In this document: one piece after another, positions 1-12,900 of the stretch
Layout of the letters: every line of letters starts with the position of its first letter
Numbering within the stretch: position 1 is the stretch's first letter
Assembly (NCBI GenBank): GCA_964057225.1
Contig: OZ059900.1
Coordinates: 21,576,001 to 21,640,000, forward strand
Length of the DNA: 64,000 bases
Direction: 5' to 3'
Origin: Auanema rhodensis
Taxonomy: Eukaryota > Animalia > Nematoda
The notes under the pieces: model-generated
The model's database searches: none
Told to the model about the DNA's origin: nothing
What the model saw: the letters and a program-made list of their open reading frames with translations, nothing else
Translations under genes and position numbers: made by a program

Positions 1-342
1 TCAAACTCATGCAATGTCAATGAAACCTAGCTCAAAACTGTTCGTACAACGTCTAGTTCCACTTTCACGACAAAAAAACAGGGGTTAGAAAATTTAGGAA
101 ATTAGCATATTCTGAGGGCACGCCCCTTATGGCTAATATTGATTAAATCGATTTTTGTTCATATGAGTCGTCAAATGCAACGAATTTCAGCGTGTTACAT
201 ACTAAAATGAAGTATTTTACATGCTGAACACTAGAAAAATACAAAAACACAGTATTTCCCATAAGAAATATTTTATTATGCTGGAAAACCAGTTTTTGGA
301 AATTTCGCTGTAAACAAGGTTTTGACTTACGATTTCATGTGT
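1..342 (+). repeat. Representative satellite monomer (342 bp, about 33.6% GC, A/T tracts, 10 CpG)
   Basis: Hand count of copy 1 gives 59 C and 56 G in 342 nt. The next copy starts at 343. The monomer phase is arbitrary, set by the window start. Confidence 0.97.
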
Positions 343-3300
343 TCAAACTCATGCAATGTCAATGAAACCTTGCTCAAAATTGTTCCTACAACGTCTAGTT
401 ACACTTTCACGACAAAAAAACAGGGGTTAGAAAATTAAGGAAATTAGCATATTCTGAGGGCACGCCCCTTATGGCTAATATTGATTAAATCGATTTTTGT
501 GCATATGAGTCGTCAAATGCAACGAATTTCAGCGTGTTACATACTAAAATGAAGTATTTTACATGCTGAACACTAGAAAAATACAAAAACACAGTATTTC
601 CCATGAGAAATATTTTATTATGCTGGAAAACCAGTTTTTGGAAATTTCGCTGTAAACAAGGTTTTGACTTACGATTTCATGTGTTCAAACTCATGCAATG
701 TCAATGAAACCTAGCTCAAAATTGTTCGTACAACGTCTAGTTCCACTTTCACGACAAAAAAACAGGGGTTAGAAAATTAAGGAAATTAGCATATTCTGAG
801 GGCACGCCCCTTATGGCTAATATTGATTAAATCGATTTTTGTTCATATGAGTCGTCAAATGCAACGAATTTCAGCGTGTTACACACTAAAATGAAGCATT
901 TTACATGCTGAACACTAGAAAAATACAAAAACACAGTATTTCCCATGAGAAATATTTTATTATACTGGAAACCAGTTTTTGGAATTTTCGCTGTAAACAA
1001 GGTTTTGACTTACGATTTCATGTGTTCAAACTCATGCAATGTCAATGAAACCTAGCTCAAAATTGTTCCTACAACGTCTAGTTCCACTTTCACGACAAAA
1101 AAACAGGGGTTAGAAAATTTAGGAAATTAGCATATTCTGAGGGCACGCCCCTTATGGCTAATATTAATTAAATCGATTTTTGTTCATATGAGTCGTCAAA
1201 TGCAACGAATTTCAGCGTGTTACATACTAAAATGAAGCATTTTACATGCTGAACACTAGAAAAATACAAAAACACAGTTTTTCCCATGAGAAATATTTTA
1301 TTATGCTGGAAAACCAGTTTTTGGAAATTTCGCTGTAAACAAGGTTTTGACTTACGATTTCATGTGTTCAAACTCATGCAATGTCAATGAAACCTAGCTC
1401 AAAATTGTTCGTACAACGTCTAGTTCCACTTTCACGACAAAAAAACAGGGGTTAGAAAATTTAGGAAATTAGCATATTCTGAGGGCACGCCCCTTATGGC
1501 TAATATTGATTAAATCGATTTTTGTTCATATGAGTCGTCAAATGCAACGAATTTCATCGTGTTACATACTAAAATGAAGTATTTTACATGCTGAACACTA
1601 GAAAAATACAAAAACACAGTATTTCCCATGAGAAATATTTTATTATGCTGGAAAACCAGTTTTTGGAAGTTTCGCTGTAAACAAGGTTTTGACTTACGAT
1701 TTCATGTGTTCAAACTCATGCAATGTCAATGAAACCTAGCTCAAAATTGTTCCTACAACGTCTAATTCCACTTTCACGACAAAAAAACAGGGGTTAGAAA
1801 ATTAAGGAAATTAGCATATTCTGAGGGCACGCCCCTTATGGCTAATATTGATTAAATCGATTTTTGTTCATATGAGTCGTCAAATGCAACGAATTTCAGC
1901 GTGTTACATACTAAAATGAAGCATTTTACATGCTGAACACTAGAAAAATACAAAAACACAGTATTTCCCATGAGAAATATTTTATTATGCTGGAAAACCA
2001 GTTTTTGGAAATTTCGCTGTAAACAAGGTTTTGACTTACGATTTCATGTGTTCAAACTCATGCAATGAAAATGAAACCTAGCTCAAAATTGTTCCTACAA
2101 CGTCTAGTTCCACTTTCACGACAACAAAACAGGGGTTAGAAAATTAAGGAAATTAGCATATTCTGAGGGCACGCCCCTTATGGCTAATATTGATTAAATC
2201 GATTTTTGTTCATATGAGTCGTCAAATGCAACGAATTTCAGCCTGTTACATACTAAAATGAAGCATTTCACATGCTGAACACTAGAAAAATACAAAAACA
2301 CAGTATTTCCCATGAGAAATATTTTATTATGCTGGAAAACCAGTTTTTGGAAAGTTCGCTGTAAACAAGGTTTTGACTTACGATTTCATGTGTTCAAACT
2401 CATGCAATGTCAATGAAACCTAGCTCAAAATTGTTCGTACAACGTCTAGTTCCACTTTCACGACAAAAAAACAGGGGTTAGAAAATTAAGGAAATTAGCA
2501 TATTCTGAGGGCACGCCCCTTATGGCTAATATTGATTAAATCGATTTTTGTTCATATGAGTCGTCAAATGCAATTAATTTCAGCGTGTTACATACTAAAA
2601 TGAAGCATTTTACATGCTGAACACTAAAAAAATACAAAAACACAGTATTTCCCATGAGAAATATTTTATTATGCTGGAAAACGAGTTTTTGGAAATTTCG
2701 CTGTAAACAAGGTTTTGACTTACGATTTCATGTGTTCAAACTCATGCAATGTCAATGAAACCTATCTCAAAATTGTTCCTACAACGTCTAGTTCCACTTT
2801 CACGACAAAAAAACAGGGGTTAGAAAATTAAGGAAATTAGCATATTCTGAGGGCACGCCCCTTATGGCTAATATTGATTAAATCGATTTTTGTTCATATG
2901 AGTCGTCAAATGCAACGAATTTCAGCGTGTTACATACTTAAATGAAGCATTTTACATGCTGAACACTAGAAAAATACAAAAACACAGTATTTCCCATGAG
3001 AAATATTTTATTATACTGGAAACCAATTTTTGGAATTTTCGCTGTAAACAAGGTTTTGACTTACGATTTCATGTGTTCAAACTCATGCAATGTCAATGAA
3101 ACCTAGCTCAAAACTGTTCGTACAACGTCTAGTTCCACTTTCACGACAAAAAAACAGGGGTTAGAAAATTTAGGAAATTAGCATATTCTGAGGGCACGCC
3201 CCTTATGGCTAATATTGATTAAATCGATTTTTGTTCATATGAGTCGTCAAATGCAACGAATTTCAGCGTGTTACATACTAAAATGAAGTATTTTACATGC

Positions 3301-3724
3301 TGAACACTAGAAAAGTACAAAAACACAGTATTTCCCATAAGAAATATTTTATTATACTGGAAACCAGTTTTTGGAATTTTCGCTGTAAACAAGGTTTTGA
3401 CTTACGATTTCATGTGTTCAAACTCATGCAATGTCAATGAAACCTAGCTCAAAATTGTTCGTACAACGTCTAGTTCCACTTTCACGACAAAAAAACAGGG
3501 GTTAGAAAATTAAGGAAATTAGCATATTCTGAGGGCACGCCCCTTATGGCTAATATTGATTAAATCGATTTTTGTTCATATGAGTCGTCAAATGCAATTA
3601 ATTTCAGCGTGTTACATACTTAAATGAAGCATTTTACATGCTGAACACTAGAAAAATACAAAAACACAGTATTTCCCATGAGAAATATTTTATTATACTG
3701 GAAACCAGTTTTTGGAATTTTCGC

Positions 3725-6700
3725 TGTAAACAAGGTTTTGACTTACGATTTCATGTGTTCAAACTCATGCAATGTCAATGAAACCTAGCTCAAAATTGTT
3801 CCTACAACGTCTAATTCCACTTTCACGACAAAAAAACAGGGGTTAGAAAATTAAGGAAATTAGCATATTCTGAGGGCACGCCCCTTATGGCTAATATTGA
3901 TTAAATCGATTTTTGTTCATATGAGTCGTCAAATGCAACGAATTTCAGCGTGTTACATACTAAAATGAAGCATTTTACATGCTGAACACTATAAAAATAC
4001 AAAAACACAGTATTTCCCATGAGAAATATTTTATTATGCTGGAAACCAGTTTTTGGAATTTTCGCTGTAAACAAGGTTTTGACTTACGATTTCATGTGTT
4101 CAAACTCATGCAATGTCAATAAAACCTAGCTCAAAATTGTTCGTACAACGTCTAGTTCCACTTTCACGACAAAAAAACAGGGGTTAGAAAATTTAGGAAA
4201 TTAGCATATTCTGAGGGCACGCCCCTTATGGCTAATATTGATTAAATCGATTTTTGTTCATATGAGTCGTCAAATGCAACGAATTTCATCGTGTTACATA
4301 CTAAAATGAAGTATTTTATATGCTGAACACTAGAAAAATACAAAAAACAGTATTTCCCATGAGAAATATTTTATTATGCTGGAAAACCAGTTTTTGGAAG
4401 TTTCGCTGTAAACAAGGTTTTGACTTACGATTTCATGTGTTCAAACTCATGCAATGTCAATGAAACCTAGCTCAAAATTGTTCCTACAACGTCTAATTCC
4501 ACTTTCACGACAAAAAAACAGGGGTTAGAAAATTAAGGAAATTAGCATATTCTGAGGGCACGCCCCTTATGGCTAATATTGATTAAATCGATTTTTGTTC
4601 ATATGAGTCGTCAAATGCAACGAATTTCAGCGTGTTACATACTAAAATGAAGCATTTTACATGCTGAACACTATAAAAATACAAAAACACAGTATTTCCC
4701 ATGAGAAATATTTTATTATGCTGGAAAACCAGTTTTTGGAAATTTCGCTGTAAACAAGGTTTTGACTTACGATTTCATGTGTTCAAACTCATGCAATGTC
4801 AATGAAACCTAGCTCAAAATTGTTCCTACAACGTCTAGTTCCACTTTCACGACAAAAAACAGGGGTTAGAAAATTAAGGAAATTAGCATATTCTGAGGGC
4901 ACGCCCCTTATGGCTAATATTGATTAAATCGATTTTTGTTCATATGAGTCGTCAAATGCAACGAATTTCAGCGTGTTACATACTAAAATGAAGCATTTTA
5001 CATGCTGAACACTAGAAAAATACAAAAACACAGTATTTCCCATGAGAAATATTTTATTATGCTGGAAAACCAGTTTTTGGAAAGTTCGCTGTAAACAAGG
5101 TTTTGACTTACGATTTCATGTGTTCAAACTCATGCAATGTCAATGAAACCTAGCTCAAAATTGTTCGTACAACGTCTAGTTCCACTTTCACGACAAAAAA
5201 ACAGGGGTTAGAAAATTAAGGAAATCAGCATATTCTGAGGGCACGCCCCTTATGGCTAATATTGATTAAATCGATTTTTGTTCATATGAGTCGTCAAATG
5301 CAATTAATTTCAGCGTGTTACATACTAAAATGAAGCATTTTACATGCTGAACACTAAAAAAATACAAAAACACAGTATTTCCCATGAGAAATATTTTATT
5401 ATGCTGGAAAACCAGTTTTTGGAAAGTTCGCTGTAAACAAGGTTTTGACTTACGATTTCATGTGTTCAAACTCATGCAATGTCAATGAAACCTAGCTCAA
5501 AATTGTTCGTACAACGTCTAGTTCCACTTTCACGACAAAAAAACAGGGGTTAGAAAATTAAGGAAATTAGCATATTCTGAGGGCACGCCCCTTATGGCTA
5601 ATATTGATTAAATCGATTTTTGTTCATATGAGTCGTCAAATGCAATTAATTTCAGCGTGTTACATACTAAAATGAAGCATTTTACATGCTGAACACTAAA
5701 AAAATACAAAAACACAGTATTTCCCATGAGAAATATTTTATTATGCTGGAAAACCAGTTTTTGGAAAGTTCGCTGTAAACAAGGTTTTGACTTACGATTT
5801 CATGTGTTCAAACTCATGCAATGTCAATGAAACCTAGCTCAAAATTGTTCGTACAACGTCTAGTTCCACTTTCACGACAAAAAAACAGGGGTTAGAAAAT
5901 TAAGGAAATTAGCATATTCTGAGGGCACGCCCCTTATGGCTAATATTGATTAAATCGATTTTTGTTCATATGAGTCGTCAAATGCAATTAATTTCAGCGT
6001 GTTACATACTAAAATGAAGCATTTTACATGCTGAACACTAAAAAAATACAAAAACACAGTATTTCCCATGAGAAATATTTTATTATGCTGGAAAACGAGT
6101 TTTTGGAAATTTCGCTGTAAACAAGGTTTTGACTTACGATTTCATGTGTTCAAACTCATGCAATGTCAATGAAACCTAGCTCAAAATTGTTCCTACAACG
6201 TCTAGTTCCACTTTCACGACAAAAAAACAGGGGTTAGAAAATTAAGGAAATTAGCATATTCTGAGGGCACGCCCCTTATGGCTAATATTGATTAAATCGA
6301 TTTTTGTTCATATGAGTCGTCAAATGCAACGAATTTCAGCGTGTTACATACTTAAATGAAGCATTTTACATGCTGAACACTAGAAAAATACAAAAACACA
6401 GTTTTTCCCATGAGAAATATTTTATTATGCTGGAAAACCAGTTTTTGGAAATTTCGCTGTAAACAAGGTTTTGACTTACGATTTCATGTGTTCAAACTCA
6501 TGCAATGTCAATAAAACCTAGCTCAAAATTGTTCGTACAACGTCTAGTTCCACTTTCACGACAAAAAAACAGGGGTTAGAAAATTTAGGAAATTAGCATA
6601 TTCTGAGGGCACGCCCCTTATGGCTAATATTGATTAAATCGATTTTTGTTCATATGAGTCGTCAAATGCAACGAATTTCAGCGTGTTACATACTAAAATG

Positions 6701-9700
6701 AAGCATTTTACATGCTGAACACTAGAAAAATACAAAAACACAGTTTTTCCCATGAGAAATATTTTATTATGCTGGAAAACCAGTTTTTGGAAATTTCGCT
6801 GTAAACAAGGTTTTGACTTACGATTTCATGTGTTCAAACTCATGCAATGTCAATGAAAGCTAGCTCAAAATTGTTCGTACAACGTCTAGTTCCACTTTCA
6901 CGACAAAAAAACAGGGGTTAGAAAATTTAGGAAATTAGCATATTCTGAGGGCACGCCCCTTATGGCTAATATTGATTAAATCGATTTTTGTTCATATGAG
7001 TCGTCAAATGCAACGAATTTCATCGTGTTACATACTAAAATGAAGTATTTTACATGCTGAACACTAGAAAAATACAAAAAACAGTATTTCCCATGAGAAA
7101 TATTTTATTATGCTGGAAAACCAGTTTTTGGAAGTTTCGCTGTAAACAAGGTTTTGACTTACGATTTCATGTGTTCAAACTCATGCAATGTCAATGAAAC
7201 CTAGCTCAAAATTGTTCCTACAACGTCTAATTCCACTTTCACGACAAAAAAACAGGGGTTAGAAAATTAAGGAAATTAGCATATTCTGAGGGCACGCCCC
7301 TTATGGCTAATATTGATTAAATCGATTTTTGTTCATATGAGTCGTCAAATGCAACGAATTTCAGCGTGTTACATACTAAAATGAAGCATTTTACATGCTG
7401 AACACTATAAAAATACAAAAACACAGTATTTCCCATGAGAAATATTTTATTATGCTGGAAACCAGTTTTTGGAATTTTCGCTGTAAACAAGGTTTTGACT
7501 TACGATTTCATGTGTTCAAACTCATGCAATGTCAATAAAACCTAGCTCAAAATTGTTCGTACAACGTCTAGTTCCACTTTCACGACAAAAAAACAGGGGT
7601 TAGAAAATTTAGGAAATTAGCATATTCTGAGGGCACGCCCCTTATGGCTAATATTGATTAAATCGATTTTTGTTCATATGAGTCGTCAAATGCAACGAAT
7701 TTCATCGTGTTACATACTAAAATGAAGTATTTTATATGCTGAACACTAGAAAAATACAAAAAACAGTATTTCCCATGAGAAATATTTTATTATGCTGGAA
7801 AACCAGTTTTTGGAAGTTTCGCTGTAAACAAGGTTTTGACTTACGATTTCATGTGTTCAAACTCATGCAATGTCAATGAAACCTAGCTCAAAATTGTTCC
7901 TACAACGTCTAATTCCACTTTCACGACAAAAAAACAGGGGTTAGAAAATTAAGGAAATTAGCATATTCTGAGGGCACGCCCCTTATGGCTAATATTGATT
8001 AAATCGATTTTTGTTCATATGAGTCGTCAAATGCAACGAATTTCAGCGTGTTACATACTAAAATGAAGCATTTTACATGCTGAACACTATAAAAATACAA
8101 AAACACAGTATTTCCCATGAGAAATATTTTATTATGCTGGAAAACCAGTTTTTGGAAATTTCGCTGTAAACAAGGTTTTGACTTACGATTTCATGTGTTC
8201 AAACTCATGCAATGTCAATGAAACCTAGCTCAAAATTGTTCCTACAACGTCTAGTTCCACTTTCACGACAAAAAACAGGGGTTAGAAAATTAAGGAAATT
8301 AGCATATTCTGAGGGCACGCCCCTTATGGCTAATATTGATTAAATCGATTTTTGTTCATATGAGTCGTCAAATGCAACGAATTTCAGCGTGTTACATACT
8401 AAAATGAAGCATTTTACATGCTGAACACTAGAAAAATACAAAAACACAGTATTTCCCATGAGAAATATTTTATTATGCTGGAAAACCAGTTTTTGGAAAG
8501 TTCGCTGTAAACAAGGTTTTGACTTACGATTTCATGTGTTCAAACTCATGCAATGTCAATGAAACCTAGCTCAAAATTGTTCGTACAACGTCTAGTTCCA
8601 CTTTCACGACAAAAAAACAGGGGTTAGAAAATTAAGGAAATTAGCATATTCTGAGGGCACGCCCCTTATGGCTAATATTGATTAAATCGATTTTTGTTCA
8701 TATGAGTCGTCAAATGCAATTAATTTCAGCGTGTTACATACTAAAATGAAGCATTTTACATGCTGAACACTAAAAAAATACAAAAACACAGTATTTCCCA
8801 TGAGAAATATTTTATTATGCTGGAAAACCAGTTTTTGGAAAGTTCGCTGTAAACAAGGTTTTGACTTACGATTTCATGTGTTCAAACTCATGCAATGTCA
8901 ATGAAACCTAGCTCAAAATTGTTCGTACAACGTCTAGTTCCACTTTCACGACAAAAAAACAGGGGTTAGAAAATTAAGGAAATTAGCATATTCTGAGGGC
9001 ACGCCCCTTATGGCTAATATTGATTAAATCGATTTTTGTTCATATGAGTCGTCAAATGCAATTAATTTCAGCGTGTTACATACTAAAATGAAGCATTTTA
9101 CATGCTGAACACTAAAAAAATACAAAAACACAGTATTTCCCATGAGAAATATTTTATTATGCTGGAAAACCAGTTTTTGGAAAGTTCGCTGTAAACAAGG
9201 TTTTGACTTACGATTTCATGTGTTCAAACTCATGCAATGTCAATGAAACCTAGCTCAAAATTGTTCGTACAACGTCTAGTTCCACTTTCACGACAAAAAA
9301 ACAGGGGTTAGAAAATTAAGGAAATTAGCATATTCTGAGGGCACGCCCCTTATGGCTAATATTGATTAAATCGATTTTTGTTCATATGAGTCGTCAAATG
9401 CAATTAATTTCAGCGTGTTACATACTAAAATGAATCATTTTACATGCTGAACACTAAAAAAATACAAAAACACAGTATTTCCCATGAGAAATATTTTATT
9501 ATGCTGGAAAACGAGTTTTTGGAAATTTCGCTGTAAACAAGGTTTTGACTTACGATTTCATGTGTTCAAACTCATGCAATGTCAATGAAACCTAGCTCAA
9601 AATTGTTCCTACAACGTCTAGTTCCACTTTCACGACAAAAAAACAGGGGTTAGAAAATTAAGGAAATTAGCATATTCTGAGGGCACGCCCCTTATGGCTA

Positions 9701-9926
9701 ATATTGATTAAATCGATTTTTGTTCATATGAGTCGTCAAATGCAACGAATTTCAGCGTGTTACATACTTAAATGAAGCATTTTACATGCTGAACACTAGA
9801 AAAATACAAAAACACAGTTTTTCCCATGAGAAATATTTTATTATGCTGGAAAACCAGTTTTTGGAAATTTCGCTGTAAACAAGGTTTTGACTTACGATTT
9901 CATGTGTTCAAACTCATGCAATGTCA
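3725..9926 (+). repeat. Block duplication with 10-monomer offset (3416 bp): about 3725-6510 matches about 7141-9926
   Basis: Rare variants recur 3416 bp apart: CTAATTCC at 3811/7227, and GTATTTTATA followed by the CAAAAAACAG deletion at 4311/7727. Each copy then has a run of three GCAATTAA-type monomers. Confidence 0.85.
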
Positions 9927-12900
9927 ATGAAACCTAGCTCAAAATTGTTCGTACAACGTCTAGTTCCACTTTCACGACAAAAAAACAGGGGTTAGAAAAT
10001 TAAGGAAATTAGCATATTCTGAGGGCACGCCCCTTATGGCTAATATTGATTAAATCGATTTTTGTTCATATGAGTCGTCAAATGCAACGAATTTCAGCGT
10101 GTTACATACTAAAATGAAGCATTTTACATGCTGAACACTAGAAAAATACAAAAACACAGTATTTCCCATGAGAAATATTTTATTATGCTGGAAAACCAGT
10201 TTTTGGAAAGTTCGCTGTAAACAAGGTTTTGACTTACGATTTCATGTGTTCAAACTCATGCAATGTCAATGAAACCTAGCTCAAAATTGTTCGTACAACG
10301 TCTAGTTCCACTTTCACGACAAAAAAACAGGGGTTAGAAAATTAAGGAAATTAGCATATTCTGAGGGCACGCCCCTTATGGCTAATATTGATTAAATCGA
10401 TTTTTGTTCATATGAGTCGTCAAATGCAATTAATTTCAGCGTGTTACATACTAAAATGAAGCATTTTACATGCTGAACACTAAAAAAATACAAAAACACA
10501 GTATTTCCCATGAGAAATATTTTATTATGCTGGAAAACCAGTTTTTGGAAAGTTCGCTGTAAACAAGGTTTTGACTTACGATTTCATGTGTTCAAACTCA
10601 TGCAATGTCAATGAAACCTAGCTCAAAATTGTTCGTACAACGTCTAGTTCCACTTTCACGACAAAAAAACAGGGGTTAGAAAATTAAGGAAATTAGCATA
10701 TTCTGAGGGCACGCCCCTTATGGCTAATATTGATTAAATCGATTTTTGTTCATATGAGTCGTCAAATGCAATTAATTTCAGCGTGTTACATACTAAAATG
10801 AAGCATTTTACATGCTGAACACTAAAAAAATACAAAAACACAGTATTTCCCATGAGAAATATTTTATTATGCTGGAAAACCAGTTTTTGGAAAGTTCGCT
10901 GTAAACAAGGTTTTGACTTACGATTTCATGTGTTCAAACTCATGCAATGTCAATGAAACCTAGCTCAAAATTGTTCGTACAACGTCTAGTTCCACTTTCA
11001 CGACAAAAAAACAGGGGTTAGAAAATTAAGGAAATTAGCATATTCTGAGGGCACGCCCCTTATGGCTAATATTGATTAAATCGATTTTTGTTCATATGAG
11101 TCGTCAAATGCAATTAATTTCAGCGTGTTACATACTAAAATGAAGCATTTTACATGCTGAACACTAAAAAAATACAAAAACACAGTATTTCCCATGAGAA
11201 ATATTTTATTATGCTGGAAAACGAGTTTTTGGAAATTTCGCTGTAAACAAGGTTTTGACTTACGATTTCATGTGTTCAAACTCATGCAATGTCAATGAAA
11301 CCTAGCTCAAAATTGTTCCTACAACGTCTAGTTCCACTTTCACGACAAAAAAACAGGGGTTAGAAAATTAAGGAAATTAGCATATTCTGAGGGCACGCCC
11401 CTTATGGCTAATATTGATTAAATCGATTTTTGTTCATATGAGTCGTCAAATGCAACGAATTTCAGCGTGTTACATACTTAAATGAAGCATTTTACATGCT
11501 GAACACTAGAAAAATACAAAAACACAGTATTTCCCATGAGAAATATTTTATTATACTGGAAACCAGTTTTTGGAATTTTCGCTGTAAACAAGGTTTTGAC
11601 TTACGATTTCATGTGTTCAAACTCATGCAATGTCAATGAAACCTAGCTCAAAACTGTTCGTACAACGTCTAGTTCCACTTTCACGACAAAAAAACAGGGG
11701 TTAGAAAATTTAGGAAATTAGCATACTCTGAGGGCACGCCCCTTATGGCTAATATTGATTAAATCGATTTTTGTTCATATGAGTCGTCAAATGCAATTAA
11801 TTTCAGCGTGTTACATACTAAAATGAAGCATTTTACATGCTGAACACTAAAAAAATACAAAAACACAGTATTTCCCATGAGAAATATTTTATTATGCTGG
11901 AAAACGAGTTTTTGGAAATTTCGCTGTAAACAAGGTTTTGACTTACGATTTCATGTGTTCAAACTCATGCAATGTCAATGAAACCTAGCTCAAAATTGTT
12001 CCTACAACGTCTAGTTCCACTTTCACGACAAAAAAACAGGGGTTAGAAAATTAAGGAAATTAGCATATTCTGAGGGCACGCCCCTTATGGCTAATATTGA
12101 TTAAATCGATTTTTGTTCATATGAGTCGTCAAATGCAACGAATTTCAGCGTGTTACATACTTAAATGAAGCATTTTACATGCTGAACACTAGAAAAATAC
12201 AAAAACACAGTATTTCCCATGAGAAATATTTTATTATACTGGAAACCAGTTTTTGGAATTTTCGCTGTAAACAAGGTTTTGACTTACGATTTCATGTGTT
12301 CAAACTCATGCAATGTCAATGAAACCTAGCTCAAAACTGTTCGTACAACGTCTAGTTCCACTTTCACGACAAAAAAACAGGGGTTAGAAAATTTAGGAAA
12401 TTAGCATATTCTGAGGGCACGCCCCTTATGGCTAATATTGATTAAATCGATTTTTGTTCATATGAGTCGTCAAATGCAACGAATTTCAGCGTGTTACATA
12501 CTAAAATGAAGTATTTTACATGCTGAACACTAGAAAAGTACAAAAACACAGTATTTCCCATAAGAAATATTTTATTATACTGGAAACCAGTTTTTGGAAT
12601 TTTCGCTGTAAACAAGGTTTTGACTTACGATTTCATGTGTTCAAACTCATGCAATGTCAATGAAACCTAGCTCAAAATTGTTCGTACAACGTCTAGTTCC
12701 ACTTTCACGACAAAAAAACAGGGGTTAGAAAATTAAGGAAATTAGCATATTCTGAGGGCACGCCCCTTATGGCTAATATTGATTAAATCGATTTTTGTTC
12801 ATATGAGTCGTCAAATGCAATTAATTTCAGCGTGTTACATACTTAAATGAAGCATTTTACATGCTGAACACTAGAAAAATACAAAAACACAGTATTTCCC

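Noticed and set aside
81-98. Telomere-like GGGGTTAG / TTTAGG motifs
   Set aside because: These are isolated single motifs, not tandem. TTTAGG is only a minority allele (most copies have TTAAGG), and there are too few G-runs for a G-quadruplex.
303-319. CENP-B box-like motif (TTCGCTGTAAACAAG; also TTCGTTGCA on the - strand)
   Set aside because: The essential CGGG half is not matched (at best 7 of 9 core positions), which is weak evidence in this context.
1-342. Naming the satellite family or host species, or calling it a functional centromere
   Set aside because: AT-rich ~340-350-bp satellites occur in several plant and animal lineages, and I do not recognise this sequence with certainty. 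BLAST/Dfam searches and CENH3 ChIP are needed.
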